The position numbers were made by a program, and so were the translations under genes. The notes beneath the pieces are model-generated. The model did not search any database, had not been told where the DNA came from, and was given only the letters and a program-made list of their open reading frames with translations. Positions 25,096-38,219 of a stretch of DNA of 64,000 bases are shown here, piece by piece. Position 1 is the stretch's first letter. Each line of letters opens with the position of its first letter. Location: NCBI RefSeq assembly GCF_001194135.2, contig NC_068982.1, positions 99,885,858-99,949,857 of the forward strand, given 5' to 3'. Origin of the DNA: Octopus bimaculoides. Taxonomy: Eukaryota.

Positions 25096-26549
25096 TGTAT
25101 GTATACATGCACAGAAAAAAATGGATATACAGTTTTTAACTTTATTGTGCATTTTCATCCATCTTTTGTTTATAAAATATAACTTGTATGGAAACACCAA
25201 ACCACTTTTCAACACACACATACACACGCACACACATTCCTACTAATGTTATGGTTATGTTCTTTTTCTGACTATTCTTTTATCTACCACATTATACAGT
25301 TTTAATTGTTTGGTCTGAAATGACCACCTGATGATGAAAGATCCATAAATATCCTCAGTGCTACTGATCAAAATAGTTTTTGTGAATATAATTCAATGAT
25401 TTAGTCTATATTGGTCTTTTAGTGTTTTTAGAATATATAGAATTTCTTCTACGTCCTATCTTTCTGTTCATCTAATCATTTCCCTCCATAATCACGTACA
25501 TACCATTCCACTTTTCTACCTAAGTATTTTCATCTTCACTCATGTACTTCAACAAAAGCATTTAAATATTTTAGGTTGATGGAAAGCCATTTGATCACAA
25601 TAGACTGACCATATATATTTTCTAATAAATAGGGTTAAAAATAGGAAATGACACTGAAGTAAAATGTTTTAGAAAAACCCCCAAAGCCAGTCGTGCCTTA
25701 CAGTGTAGACTCAAAAACAAAAACTGATGAAGTTTATGATATACATATGTGAAGAGTGTTAAGGTTTGTGTGAAACGGAAGTTTACGTGCATGATGAAAC
25801 AATATATTTATATGCAACACACCTTCTGTTACTGATAATATTAAAGACACCTGGATTTTTTTTCAGTAATGTTTATTGCAGGATACAGATTATAAAGTGG
25901 GATAGTTTATGGATAGATCTTACAAACATATATACAACATGATCAGCTAAGAAACACAATACAATAGACAAGAGTAGGAGATATAAGCATTTTAGCCAAG
26001 AGATACAAAAAAAAAAAAAAAAAACCGAAGAAGCGCAAGTGTAAGGTTACAGAAGTAATGAAGGTTTAGTAATAACTGAGTGGAATGGCTTGATCAGCAG
26101 TGAATGTAGCAAATAGAGAAACTGAATGAAAGTACTTTCTTTTTTTTTTTCTATGCGTTAAAGGAGAGAAGATGAAAGACGTGTTGAAGGATTACAAGAA
26201 AACTGAGAAGAATGAGCTGAAATATTACGGGTGTGATATGTGCGTAATGAGAGTGGAAAAGTTAACTATTACCACTTAGTGAAAGAACGAGTGGATTGTA
26301 AACATCAGTTGTGAATGAAGAATTTGCGTGGGGTGAAAGTAGTTTGTTTCTAGTAAATCCAGTGAGGAAGACGTCATTACAAGTTATCACTAAATTGGTA
26401 ACTGAACTAATTGTGTTGTGAAACACAAAGCTTGCTGTTTGGTTGGTTTATAACGTTAAGAAGTGCTGCAGGCTGAATGGATTTAGACTCTACAAAGCCA
26501 GTGCACCAGTTGTGGCGATAATGACAGTAATGGCAGCAGTGGCAAAATG

Positions 26550-26980
26550 GCAACAATGACATTATGTTCATCATTGTCATCATCGTCACCATCATCATCA
26601 TCATCGTCGTCGTCGTCGTCGTCGTCATCACTACTACCATCACTGCTGTTCCTGACACCACCATCACTGCCATCCCATTGCTGCTGCCATTGCCGCTGCC
26701 ACCACCAAAACCACCACCACCACCACCACCACCACCATCATCATCATTTACATAACCAGGTTATAAACTATGGATTCCAGTTCTGATACTATTCTTTAAA
26801 TAATGTCTATATTTTCAAATATGTTTAAGTGTTTTGTAAAAACTGTTGTTAACATCATCTGTTTCATTATTGCTGTCGTTTTCATCTTCATCATTGTCCT
26901 CCTCCTCCCTTCCCCCCTCATCATCATCGTCATCGCCAATGTCGTCGTCATCATCATCATCATCATTATCAATAACATAA
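26550..26980. repeat. Low-complexity trinucleotide tracts (CAT/CGT/CAC/CCT)
   Basis: Visible directly; explains the poly-S, P, H and I ORFs. Confidence 0.9.
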
Positions 26981-27169
26981 AAAATAATGAGAAATAAAAG
27001 AATACTTGGTGGCCACCCATTTGGTTAGATTATAGTTAATATAGCAGTATGAGTTCTGAGATAGAATCTACAATCTATTGTAACAAAATAAAAGCACTTA
27101 TCTCATTCTGTTTTATATATGAGTGTAGAGACATTTTAGTTTAATAATTTAAATCATATATGATGTCAA

Positions 27170-27531
27170 CCTGCAGGCTTTCCTGCCTCCCAAACAGCAA
27201 TCAGTCCTTTTGATTCTTTGCCAAAAGGATTTCTATCAAATTTGTGGAATCCTTCTACCTACCACACCACAACTAAGATGTCTCTGCCAGCTGTACTCTT
27301 AAAGAGAAAAGTTTTCAAACTTGCTGTTCACTTTGCATCCAATTCCACACTGTACACTCTTGGCACATGCACACTTTGGAAAAATTCCACACTTTTCTTC
27401 TCCACTTCATCAACCTCACCAGCTGCAAACACCCCTTCCAGTAACTTCAATCCAACAAGGCTGCTGGCCCTAACAATGTCCTTCTGATATTACCTTTACT
27501 GTACTCCATTACTAAGACCTGTCCTTTGCAA

Positions 27532-27603
<72 letters not shown>

Positions 27604-27855
27604 CTGATATTTTGAAACAGGCTAAAGTGTGTTCCATTCCCAAGAAGGGAAGCCCCTCTGACCCTGCCAGCTATTAACCTATCCCTCTCAATTCCAATAT
27701 CTTAGAAGTGATAGAACAATTGTTAACAAACACCTTCTCTAATATGTCTAATCCTTTTTCTTCCTTGGTGACTTCAGTATAGTTTAAATCTAGAGATTAT
27801 ACTCTCCTGTATTAATCGTCTGTGGGTCATAGCCCTTGAGAAATTCAGCAAAATA
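27170..27855 (+). mobile_element. CR1-group LINE RT, 5' part (interrupted by mariner)
   Basis: Remnants of NPTRxAGPxN, QAKVCxIPKKGSPSDPASYxPIxL and LGDFQYSF. A (CT)n tract lies inside at 27536-27596. Confidence 0.7.
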
Positions 27856-29103
27856 TCAGATTTTACCTTTTTTAAAATTGAATGAAATTTAATAGTATTT
27901 TAGAATGTCTAATGGTACTAAAAATCATTTTTATGCATTTGTGTACATTTAAACTAATTAAATATTATTTTACAGAGTAATAGGATTAAAATTTCTTTGA
28001 TTAAAACCCTTTCTAACATGGAAGTATCCAAAGAACATTTAAGGCACATAATGCTTTATGAGTACAAAAAGGAAACTCTGCAGCCGAAGCGACTCGAAAC
28101 ATACACTCAGTTTATGGGAGAGAATGCTTGAATGAAAGAACTTGCAGAAGATGATTTGCAAAATTCAGAAGTAGAGATTTCAGCCTTGAAGATGAAGATC
28201 GAACAGGACGTCCAGTTGAGTTTGATGATAAGCTCCTTGAGGCATTACTTGAAAATCCTGCATTATCAGTTGACAATTTGGCAAAAAAGCTTAATTCAAA
28301 CCATACAACTGTTCATCGTCATCTTCAACAACTTGGAAAGGTTCCTAAACTTGGAAAATGGGTGCATCGTGAATTGTCCGAAAGCAACTGCAAATCCTGA
28401 GTTGACATCTGCTCTTCTCTTCATTCTCTTGAACTCATTTCACCCTTTTTGGATAGACTTGTGACTGGTGATGAAAAATCGATCTTCTATCGAAATGTTA
28501 AACGTCACAAATAGTGGTAAAAAGGAAAAAGCTCAACTACAACCGAGAAGGGAATTTCATGGGAAAAAGGTTCTTCTTCTCTCTATCTAGTGGGATTGCA
28601 AAGGAGTAATTCACTTTGAATTGTTACCACCTAATGCTCAAGTCTACTGTCAGCAATTAAAACATTTGAACTAAGCTTTGAAGAAAAAAAGACCCACTTT
28701 AAGGAATCGAAAAGGAGTGATGTTTCATCAAGACAACGCGCGACCCCACACTGCAAAGATCACATCACAGAAGATCAAAGAGCTTGGTTGGGAAAAAATT
28801 TCTCATCCGCCTTATTCTCTCAACCTTTCTCCTTCAGACTACCATTTGTTTCGTAGTTTACAGAATCATTTGGGGGACATAACTTTCGCAAGCCAGGAGG
28901 AGGTCGAAACTGACATTTCAGAGTTCTTCACTTTGAAGCCAAAAGAGTTTTATATTGATGGGATTAAAAATCTTGTAAATATATGGAAGGAAGTCATAGA
29001 TAATCAGGGAAAGTACATTGATGATTAAATTTCAATTAAATATAACATTTGATCACTTGTTTTCTTTATTCAAAATTCGGACAGAACTTATGGGATGACC
29101 TGA
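27856..29103 (+). mobile_element. Near full-length mariner transposon, transposase pseudogene (28018-29028)
   Basis: MEVSKEHLRHIMLYEYKK...VTGDEK...MFHQDNARPH...HPPYSLNLSPSDYHLFRSLQ (DD34D motifs) with frameshifts and stops. Right TIR cggacagaacttatgggatgacctga; the left TIR is reduced to TA-tcag. Confidence 0.92.
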
Positions 29104-30000
29104 TTAGCCTAATACTTGTCCATATCAAGTTCAAGAATCACCTGTCTAAGCTACCTACCTATGGCTCTATCCATCTCTTGTTTCTTGGATTAAAAGCTTT
29201 TTGTTAGCAGATTTCACCATCATAGTATGTGGAAGAAGCTTTCTCTGATCCATATTCTCTCAACATCAATGTGATCTTCTTTGCTCTAATTCCTGTATTT
29301 TAAAGATGCCACCTCTAATATTTTAATGCAGAAAATGTCACTTTTTACCCATTTCTAACTGCACAGGCACCATCTATATATCATTTAGACATATGATATC
29401 AAAACTGCATTACTTTTATGAACAGAGAGACCATGAAAGCATTTTCTAAAAGGACTTGATAATCTTGTCTTCTTCAGTGGCATAAAGATACAATCTCTAC
29501 ACATATTAAAGAAACAATCTTATGCCTCTCTCTCACAGTTATTGAAACAACATACCCTTGAAGTTGTTTCATATATTAGACTTCATCTCTCATGGCAATC
29601 TCGCATACATAATAGACCAAAAACTGCATTCTTGTTAAAGGACTAAAAATATTTCCCTCTAAACAGTTGCTGATCTGAGCTCCAATGTAATATTATTCTG
29701 GTGTCTGGAACTGTTTTGAAGTTACATACAAGAATATCCCAGATCACTTTTAAATAAAAGCCATCTAGTTGATTGGTAAAATCTCACTCTCAAACACACT
29801 TTTGGCCCTTAGATAAACTGTTCCTTATTCTGCCTTTCCTGCTGTCACTACCATTGCCTCTGATCCTCAGAACTAGCCAGCTCGGTAGCATCATCAATCC
29901 ATGTTCACATAACTCACTCATCATTTTGCTATTTGTACTATGTAACTCCCATCCTCCTCTGAGCCTACACTAACCTTCTGAAATCACCTTCTCTTTGACA
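29104..30000 (+). mobile_element. CR1-group LINE RT, 3' continuation
   Basis: LSKLPTYG/YPSLVSWIKSFL follows directly after the mariner, matching the RT segment expected downstream of 27855. Confidence 0.6.
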
Positions 30001-31349
30001 TTTTTTCCAGCAGTCATTGACTTACATATGTTCCAAGTGAACATCAATGAGATTAATCATAACAGTCTTGGAAAGCCTGTGAAGGTCATGGACACTGCTC
30101 TTTGCTTCTAACTAGATCATTCAAAAAANNNNNNNNNNAAAAAAAAAAAAAAAAGAAAGAAATTGTTATGCTATCAGAGAATGTCTATGGAGAATATTTT
30201 AGATTGGTTTTCTGTGGTCTTCACTTGATATGATATGTAGTTATAGAATAGGTACATCACACTTCATGGTCTCATCATATGTGACTAAAAGGGTCTGATT
30301 TGGATATGCTTCACTAAGAAGGCCAAAACATGCCTATTACTTTCAGTAGTTGGCTTAAAAACCAAATCCACTCCTGGTATTGAATTTTCTATATTTTCCA
30401 AAATTTCAAATAAGTGATTTTATTGAAGCCAATTCTCTTGACTGTTGCTTTTAGAGTTTAAACACCCCTACAGGGGATTTTTCTATATAATAATGCAAAT
30501 AATTTTAGTTAAAGTTTTTTCAACTTATTATGTTAAACATATGATGAGATTCTACTTTATTTCTATATTAAAAACTTTGCCAAACCTTTTTTTAATTGCA
30601 TTCATTTGGAAACCCCTGCAATGTACTAATCTTAAACAGTTCTGAAATTTAACCGCCCCTTCAACTGACCTTATTCTCAAGTTTGGAGGAGTGGTGATGT
30701 AAAAATACTATGATGACTGCCTCTTCTTTCCATACTAAAGACTAGAGAAGTAATCAGATATGTCTGTCTATACTCCATATTTACTCCATTGTATTCCTTT
30801 CTGATAGTGCCATACTAATCTTTCCCTTGACCTATCTCTCTCTTCCTCCTCCCCTCAGTCTCTCTCTCACTTTCTTTTACTCACTTCCTCCTTCCTTTTC
30901 ATCAGCATTGATTTAAGAAATTTGGTAACATTTAATCCAATTGGCTTAAAGTTTCAAGATTCAAACATTAATGCTGAGGAATAGCAACTGTTGTACTCAA
31001 ATTGAATTCATCTTTCTCATGTTTCCTTTGGTTGCTATCAGAACCTACAGACATATACCCGAGTGAAGAAAGGACTCTTTAAATAGTCATTCAACTTGCT
31101 AGAAATGGCAGCCAAATTTCTTTTAAATCACACCCTACCATCTAAAATAAAGAATATTAGATATTTAGATAATATAGTCTCATGTTCATTCCCTAATGAC
31201 AATATAGTCCTGCCACATTCCTTAGGTCTGTTTAATCAAGGTTGACCCAGGACTGAACAATAAGAACAACAACTGGAGTACAGAAACAACTGAACTGCAT
31301 ACAACATGCCTAGAACTGCAACACTACAAACTGTGTGTGTGTGTGTGTA

Positions 31350-32480
31350 GGGTTGCCCAAAAAGATCGTTTGATTTTTTCAAGTGGAAATTAGACACAAG
31401 TTTTAAACTCAAAGTGATTTATTCAGTCAAATGATATAATTACACTTTCATTTCTGTATCTTCTACCAAATTGTGGGCATAGCCAGTATTCCCTACTTAA
31501 AGAATTTTTTGCCTTTACTGGTGAAAACATTTCAAGATAAATTTTTACATTTTCTTCAGAGATGACAGTCTGTTGATTCAATTAATTGTGAAGAGACAAA
31601 AACAGGTAGAAATCTGAAGATGCAAGGTCAGGCAAATCTGGAGTGAATGTAGCAAAACTTCTTAGCCAAACCCAAGTAACTTCTGCTATGTCTGCAAAGA
31701 AGTATGCAGTTTGGTATGTTGTGATGAAAGACAACGCCCTTATGATTAGAAAGTGCTGGATGCTTCTGGTGGATAACTGCATTTAATTTGTCCAGCTGGT
31801 CACAGTACATATCTGAACTGATGATCTTGTTCATGAAAAGAAGCTCATAAAAGACAACACCCTCCCAATCCTATCAAATTGAAAACATAACCTTCTTCGG
31901 GTGAAGTCCTGTTATGGAGTACAGAAACAACTGAACTCAGGTAGTTGATTGTGGTCATTTGATGCACTTCCCCCACAATTGTTTGCACTTCACATTGTTT
32001 TAGATAATCTGTTTTTCACCCCCTGTCACCATTCTCTTCAAAGAAAGGGTCGTTTTTTTCAGGCACCCACAATGAATTGCAGATGGAAATCCATTGAGCA
32101 AGGTTTGCCACATTTAATTGATGTGGGACCCAAACATTGAGCTTGCTGATATAACCAGATTGATGCAGATGATTTTCAACACTCAATCTGGATATCTGGA
32201 AAATATATGCAATCATTCTGGTTGTAAAATGGGGGTCGGTGTTAACTAACTTCTTCATTGTGTCTCTCTTAATCTCAGTTGACCAGCCAGAGTGAGGCGC
32301 CTCTTGAGCTGAAAAATTTTAGGATTGAAACCTTAAAAACCACTTCTGGTATACATATTCCATAACAATATCCTCTCTGTACACAGTACATATCTTCTTG
32401 CAGGTTTCCATCACTTTCTTGCTTTTTTGATATAAAAAAGAATGAGGTGTTCATAATGTTTGTTTTGGCTCTCCATTTTC
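31350..32480 (-). mobile_element. Decayed mariner transposon
   Basis: ORF fragments TTRMIAYIFQISRLSVENHLHQSGYISKLNVWVPHQL, GLHPKKVM, KGVVFHH and PDLASSDFYLFLSL; TIR-like gggttgcccaaaaag after TA at 31348-31349. Confidence 0.85.
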
Positions 32481-33993
32481 AGGGTGATTCTAAACATACA
32501 AAATACAACCTGTCTCCACCCAAGTTTGTGTTGAACTATGTTGGAGTGTCAAATATCTAACAAGTGTACATACTCAAGGGACAGGCTAAAGTTAGCTACT
32601 GATTAAACTGCTTGAAGCTTAGTGTTGATGAAAACCAGACTTTTTGGTCAACCCATTATATAATAAACTACTGCATGTCAGTACACAAAGCATAATCGAC
32701 CACTGGGTGACAGAAACATGGTAGAGCTGCAGCAATTGATATGTGGATTGTATTTTGTTGCTTATTTAAGTACCTATGTGGAAGAGGGGTCTACTTGATT
32801 AGGTTTGAGATGAGGCCAAACAACAATAACAATGACATTAGTTCCATCTCAGGAATATTAGTGGCACGAAACAAAGGCAAATGTTCATAACCATACATTA
32901 AATTCATATCCCTCAAAAGTTGCAACTTTCAGCAACACTTGGCAACATTGAGCTAACTGTAAAGCATTTACTTTGTTGTTCAACCAGCTAGAAATAGTGA
33001 CCAGATCTCCCTAAATCACATCATATAGTCTTAAAAGAGGACACACTGGACAGTGTAGGTACTCATACACAGAAAATCAGGATGGTCATGGCTGGAACCA
33101 TGATCATTGATCTCCTTGATCAAAGCTGACTTGAGGTTAAACAAAAGCAATAGCAATGACAGCATTCACAACATGTTTCCTGTATGATATTGATTTCTTG
33201 CCTCTACACAGAGCCACATTTTAATATATGTTGAAGAATAAGACTGTGTGACGTTCATTCATAATATTTTCAAGGAAAAAATTCATGTAAAACAGTGAAA
33301 TATCTACAGCTGTGAGTCAAAATTAGGCCATGGCATGACTTTCAGAGAATTTACCTCAACTCTGCAATACACACAACATATTTCCTTCATTGGCCAGTTA
33401 TTATATTACAAGTTCTACACAAAAAAATATTATTTGTACTTTACAGTCATACTTTTTTGTTTTCTTTTTTGGAGATTGTTATCAAACATTGACTGATAAG
33501 TTTTCACCTCATACTTATCTTACTAAAGACTACAACAACAGCAAAACAACAAGAAAAACGAAAGATTTCATCTATTTCCTTTGGAATATTTCTTGTTGAT
33601 AAAATTGCTGGCAAAGAGAATGGAAAGGGTAGCAATTACTTTTTAAATCTAAATAGATTTACATTCAGCAGTATATATATATATATATATATATATTGAA
33701 CTTATGTTATGAAAATTTTACTTACAACATAATGCATAATAATGATTTAGACCTATTGTTTAATGAAGGATAGAATTTTTCACACTAATGAGAGCTGACT
33801 AAATGATATAATTTCTCACATTTTAGTAAATAGAATATGTTTTGTTTCTGGATACACCCATATTAGTTTTGACTAACAATAGTGCTTCAACTAGTAACAA
33901 GAATGTTGCTATTAGTTAGTTGCATTGCAACACATTTCACAAATCTTCCAAGTTTCAGTTTGATTATTTTTATTGTATGATTATAACCATTAC

Positions 33994-34885
33994 GGTGGTG
34001 AGCTGGCAGAATTGCAAGCATGTTGGACAAAATGCTTAGCAGAATTTCTTCTGGCTCCTTAGATTCTGAATTCGAATTCCACTAAAGTCAACTTTGCCTT
34101 TTATTTTTTCGTTGTCAATAAAATAAGTAACAGTTGAGTACTGGGGTCAATGTAATCAAATAGCCCCTTTCCCCCAAAATACCAGGCCTTTTGCCTCAAG
34201 TAGAAAGAATTATTATTATCATTATTAAGATTGTGAGCTGGCAGAATTGTTAGCATGTTGGACAAAATGATTAGCAGCATTTCTTCTGGTTCTTTATGTT
34301 TGGAATTCAAATTCCACTCTTGTCGACTTTGCACCTCGTTTTTCTCTGCTTATAAAATAAGTAATGGTTGAACACTGGAGTCGATGTAATTGACTAACCC
34401 TTTCCCCCAAGATTGCAGGCCTTGTAACAAAAATTTGAAACCATTAAGTTGATGAAGGCAGCGAGCTAGCTGAATCGTTAGCATGCCAGGCAAAATGCTT
34501 TGTGGCATTTGATCAGTCTTTATGTTCTGAGTTTAAATTCTATTGAGGTCGACTTTGCCTTTCATCTTTCCAAGGTAAATAAATTAGGTACCAGTTGAAT
34601 ACTGGAGTCAATGTAATCAACTTACCCACTCCCATAAAATTGCTGGCCTTGTGCCAAAATTTGAAACAATTATTATTTAAGCTGATGAACAGGCAAAATC
34701 ATTAACACATTAAATAAAATGTATGGTTACATTTCTTTCAGCCCTTTATGTCCTGAGTTCAAATTCTGCTGAGATCAATTTTGCCTCATTATCATCCTTT
34801 CAGGGTTGATAAAATAAAATACCAGTTAGGATAATGTAATTGGCTTTCTCCTACCCTCAAAACTGCTGGCATTGTACCAAAGTTT
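33994..34885 (+). mobile_element. Head-to-tail cluster of about five SINE family A copies
   Basis: Repeated gagctggcagaat...gttcaaattc...gcctttcatc...ggccttgtgccaaaatttgaaa modules. Confidence 0.85.
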
Positions 34886-34895
34886 AGAAAGAGTG

Positions 34896-35056
34896 CAGGA
34901 GTCGCTGTGTGGTAAGTAGCTTGCATACCAACCACATGGTTCTGGGTTCAGTCCCACTGCGTGGCACCTTGGGTAAGTGTCTTCTACTATAGCCTTGGGC
35001 CGACCAAAGCCTTGTGAGTGGATTTGGTAGACGGAAACTGAAAGAAGCCCGTCGTA

Positions 35057-35089
<33 letters not shown>
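34896..35089 (+). mobile_element. SINE family B copy (runs into (TA)n and an N gap)
   Basis: Close-to-consensus head and CORE-like domain with CpGs retained. Confidence 0.9.
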
Positions 35090-35702
35090 NNNNNNNNNNN
35101 NNNNNNNNNNNNNNNNNNNNNNNNNNNNNNNNNNNNNNNNNNNNNNNNNNNNNNNNNNNNNNNNNNNNNNNNNNNNNNNNNNNNNNNNNNNNNNNNNNNN
35201 NNNNNNNNNNNNNNNNNNNNNNNNNNNNNNNNNNNNNNNNNNNNNNNNNNNNNNNNNNNNNNNNNNNNNNNNNNNNNNNNNNNNNNNNNNNNNNNNNNNN
35301 NNNNNNNNNNNNNNNNNNNNNNNNNNNNNNNNNNNNNNNNNNNNNNNNNNNNNNNNNNNNNNNNNNNNNNNNNNNNNNNNNNNNNNNNNNNNNNNNNNNN
35401 NNNNNNNNNNNNNNNNNNNNNNNNNNNNNNNNNNNNNNNNNNNNNNNNNNNNNNNNNNNNNNNNNNNNNNNNNNNNNNNNNNNNNNNNNNNNNNNNNNNN
35501 NNNNNNNNNNNNNNNNNNNNNNNNNNNNNNNNNNNNNNNNNNNNNNNNNNNNNNNNNNNNNNNNNNNNNNNNNNNNNNNNNNNNNNNNNNNNNNNNNNNN
35601 NNNNNNNNNNNNNNNNNNNNNNNNNNNNNNNNNNNNNNNNNNNNNNNNNNNNNNNNNNNNNNNNNNNNNNNNNNNNNNNNNNNGTATCATGCTGACAGAG
35701 TT

Positions 35703-35913
35703 ACTCTTTTACTCTTTTACTTGTTTCAGTCATTTGACTGTGGCCATGCTGGAGCACTGCCTTTAGTCAAACAAATCAACCCCAGGACTTATTCTTTGTA
35801 AGCCTAGTATTTATTCTATCGGCCTCTTTTGCCGAACCGCTAAGTGACAGGGACGTAAACACACCAGCATCGGTTGTCAAGCAATGCTAGGGGGGACAAG
35901 CACAGACACACAA

Positions 35914-35944
<31 letters not shown>

Positions 35945-36113
35945 CATATATACGACGGGCTTCTTTCAGTTTCCGTCTACCAAATCCACTCACAAGGCTT
36001 TGGTTGGCCCGAGGCTATAGTAGAAGACACTTGCCCAAGGTGCCTTGCAGTTGCACTGAACCCGGAACAATGTGGTTGGTAAGCAAGCTACTTACCACAC
36101 AGCCACTCCTGTG
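35703..36113 (-). mobile_element. SINE family B, full length, inverted
   Basis: Complete reverse complement of the family B consensus. Confidence 0.9.
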
Positions 36114-36179
36114 CCTGGAATCGAGCACTTTAGACAAAATACATAGTAGCATTTCTTCTAGCTCTATACATTCTGTGTT

Positions 36180-37105
36180 GAAATTCTATTAAGGTTGACT
36201 TTGTCCTTCATCTTTTCAGGGTCAATGATAAAATGAAGTACAAGTCAAGTACTGGGCTGATGTAATAACCCTTTCCCTCAAAATTGCTGGCCTTGTGCCT
36301 AAATTAGAAACAATTATGATCATTATTACATTAGAAGCAATTATTATTATCATTATTATTGAGGTAATTAGTGTACTGAACTAACAAAATTGTGAGAATG
36401 TCAGAAAAAATGCCTTGCAATATTTAGTTACAGCTCTTTATGTTTGATTTAAGTCCCACTAGCATCAACTTTGCCTTGCAACTTTTGGGTTCAGTAAGAT
36501 TTGATACAAGACATGTACTGGAGTGAATTTAATCAACTAACATTTCTTCATAAATTTGTAGCCTTGTGACTACACTATGAATAATTATTCATGTCATTTG
36601 TTTTTGTAATTCTCTCCTCAATTCTTGCCCTTGTTACAAATAAAGGAATCATCATCATCATCATCATTATTATTACATTCTTTGCTTTTCATCCTTTTGG
36701 GGTCAATAAAATAAGTACCAGTCAGACACTAGGGTCAATGTAATTGACTGTCCTCTTCTCACAAAATTTCAGACTTTTGTACCTATTGTGAAAGGATTAT
36801 TATTATAAGGTGGGAGAGCTGGCAGAATTGTTAGCATGCCAGGCAAAATGCTTTAATGGCATTTCACCCATCTTTTCGTTCTGAGTTCAAATTCCACAGA
36901 GGTTGACTTTGCCTTTCATCTTTTCATGGGTCAATAAATCAAGTACCAGTTAAGTACTAGTGTTGACGTAATCAACCAGCCCTCTGTAAAAATTACGGGC
37001 TTTTTACCCATAGAAAGAATTATTATTATTATTATTAAGGCAGTAAGAATTGTTAGTACTTGCCCCTCTCCACATATTTCAGGCCTTGTGCCTATTATAA
37101 AAAAC

Positions 37106-37159
<54 letters not shown>

Positions 37160-37594
37160 GTTATTATTATTATTATTATTATTAAGGTGGTGTGCTGGGA
37201 GAAACATTAGTATGTCAGGCAAAATGATTAGCAACATTTCTTCTGGCTGTTCATGTTCCCAATGAGATAGATGTTGCTTTCAATCCTTTTGGGGAGTGAT
37301 AAAATAAGTACCAGTCAAGCACTGGGGTTGAGGTAGTCAATGAGCCCTCTGTAAAAATTACAGGCCTTTTGCCCATAGAAAGAATTATTATTAAGGCAGT
37401 AAGAATTGTTAGTACATAGGACAGAATGCTTTGCAACATTTCTTCTAGCTCTTTTTGTTCTGAGTTCAAACTAAGATGAGGTCAACTTTATTCTTTCAGT
37501 GTTAATCATATAAGCGCCAGTTGAACATAGGGTTCAATATAATCAATTGTCTGCCTCCCCACAAATACCAGGTTTTGTGCCTAAAGTAGAAAGA
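36180..37594 (+). mobile_element. Second head-to-tail cluster of about seven SINE family A copies separated by (ATT)n
   Basis: Repeated family A modules, each ending gaaag(g/a)attattatt. Confidence 0.8.
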
Positions 37595-37666
<72 letters not shown>

Positions 37667-37962
37667 GCCTTTGCACAGCTTCTAACGCTGGAGATGTACT
37701 ATGGTGTCAGCTGTTCACTACCAGTGAACTAAGGTAACACCTCTTATTTTTCAAGCACCTTCCGGAGTATTCGAGCGGTTCCAAACAGTGCTGTTTTCTG
37801 CAAGTGCTCCACCCTTATTGCAGCCCCTATTTGTTCCATGTACTTCTCAAGATTTTTACTCATTGCTCCCAGGGCTCCAACATTATTGGTACTACTATTA
37901 TTGGTACTACTACCACTTTTTTCATCGATCACAACTGCTTAACCTCCCAAGCTAACTTGTCA
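37667..37962 (-). mobile_element. 5'-truncated R4/Dong-like RLE retrotransposon 3' end
   Basis: VGALGAMSKNLEKYMEQIGAAIRVEHLQKTALFGTARILRKVLEK; both ends are embedded in TAA/ATT repeats. Same family as 57728-58965. Confidence 0.85.
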
Positions 37963-38003
37963 TTATTATTATTATTATCATTATTATTATCATTATCATT
38001 ATT

Positions 38004-38215
38004 GAGTGAGGGAGTAGCACATGTCATCAAAGTGACACTGGGGTACAATATACCCATATGACTACCCTTCTCATAAAGGTATACCAGGAATGTGCATCAC
38101 AACCATATGTGCATGACATGGTGATCTCATATCAAGATAAACAGCATATGACCTTGCAAGTAGGGTCCAGTTAGAATTTTCTTCGGGTCAAGTAGCCCAT
38201 CCCACTCAAAAGGAA
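38004..38215 (-). mobile_element. Non-coding (AAT)n-tailed repeat, 3' fragment
   Basis: Matches 56678-57179 and 59458-59853. Confidence 0.75.
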
Positions 38216-38219
38216 CCAT

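Noticed and set aside
25316-25350. cctgatgatgaaag hammerhead-like start
   Set aside because: There is no stem II and no correctly placed GAAA.
26407-27020. Poly-S/P/H/I/M/Y/N/L ORFs here and at 37547, 39514-39917, 41265-41737, 44406, 48900-49301, 56570-56792 and 57136
   Set aside because: They are translations of trinucleotide microsatellites with no coding signal.
33510-33620. Minus-strand acceptor followed by MKSFVFLVVLLLL
   Set aside because: An in-frame TAG follows immediately; the hydrophobicity comes from a GTT-rich tract.
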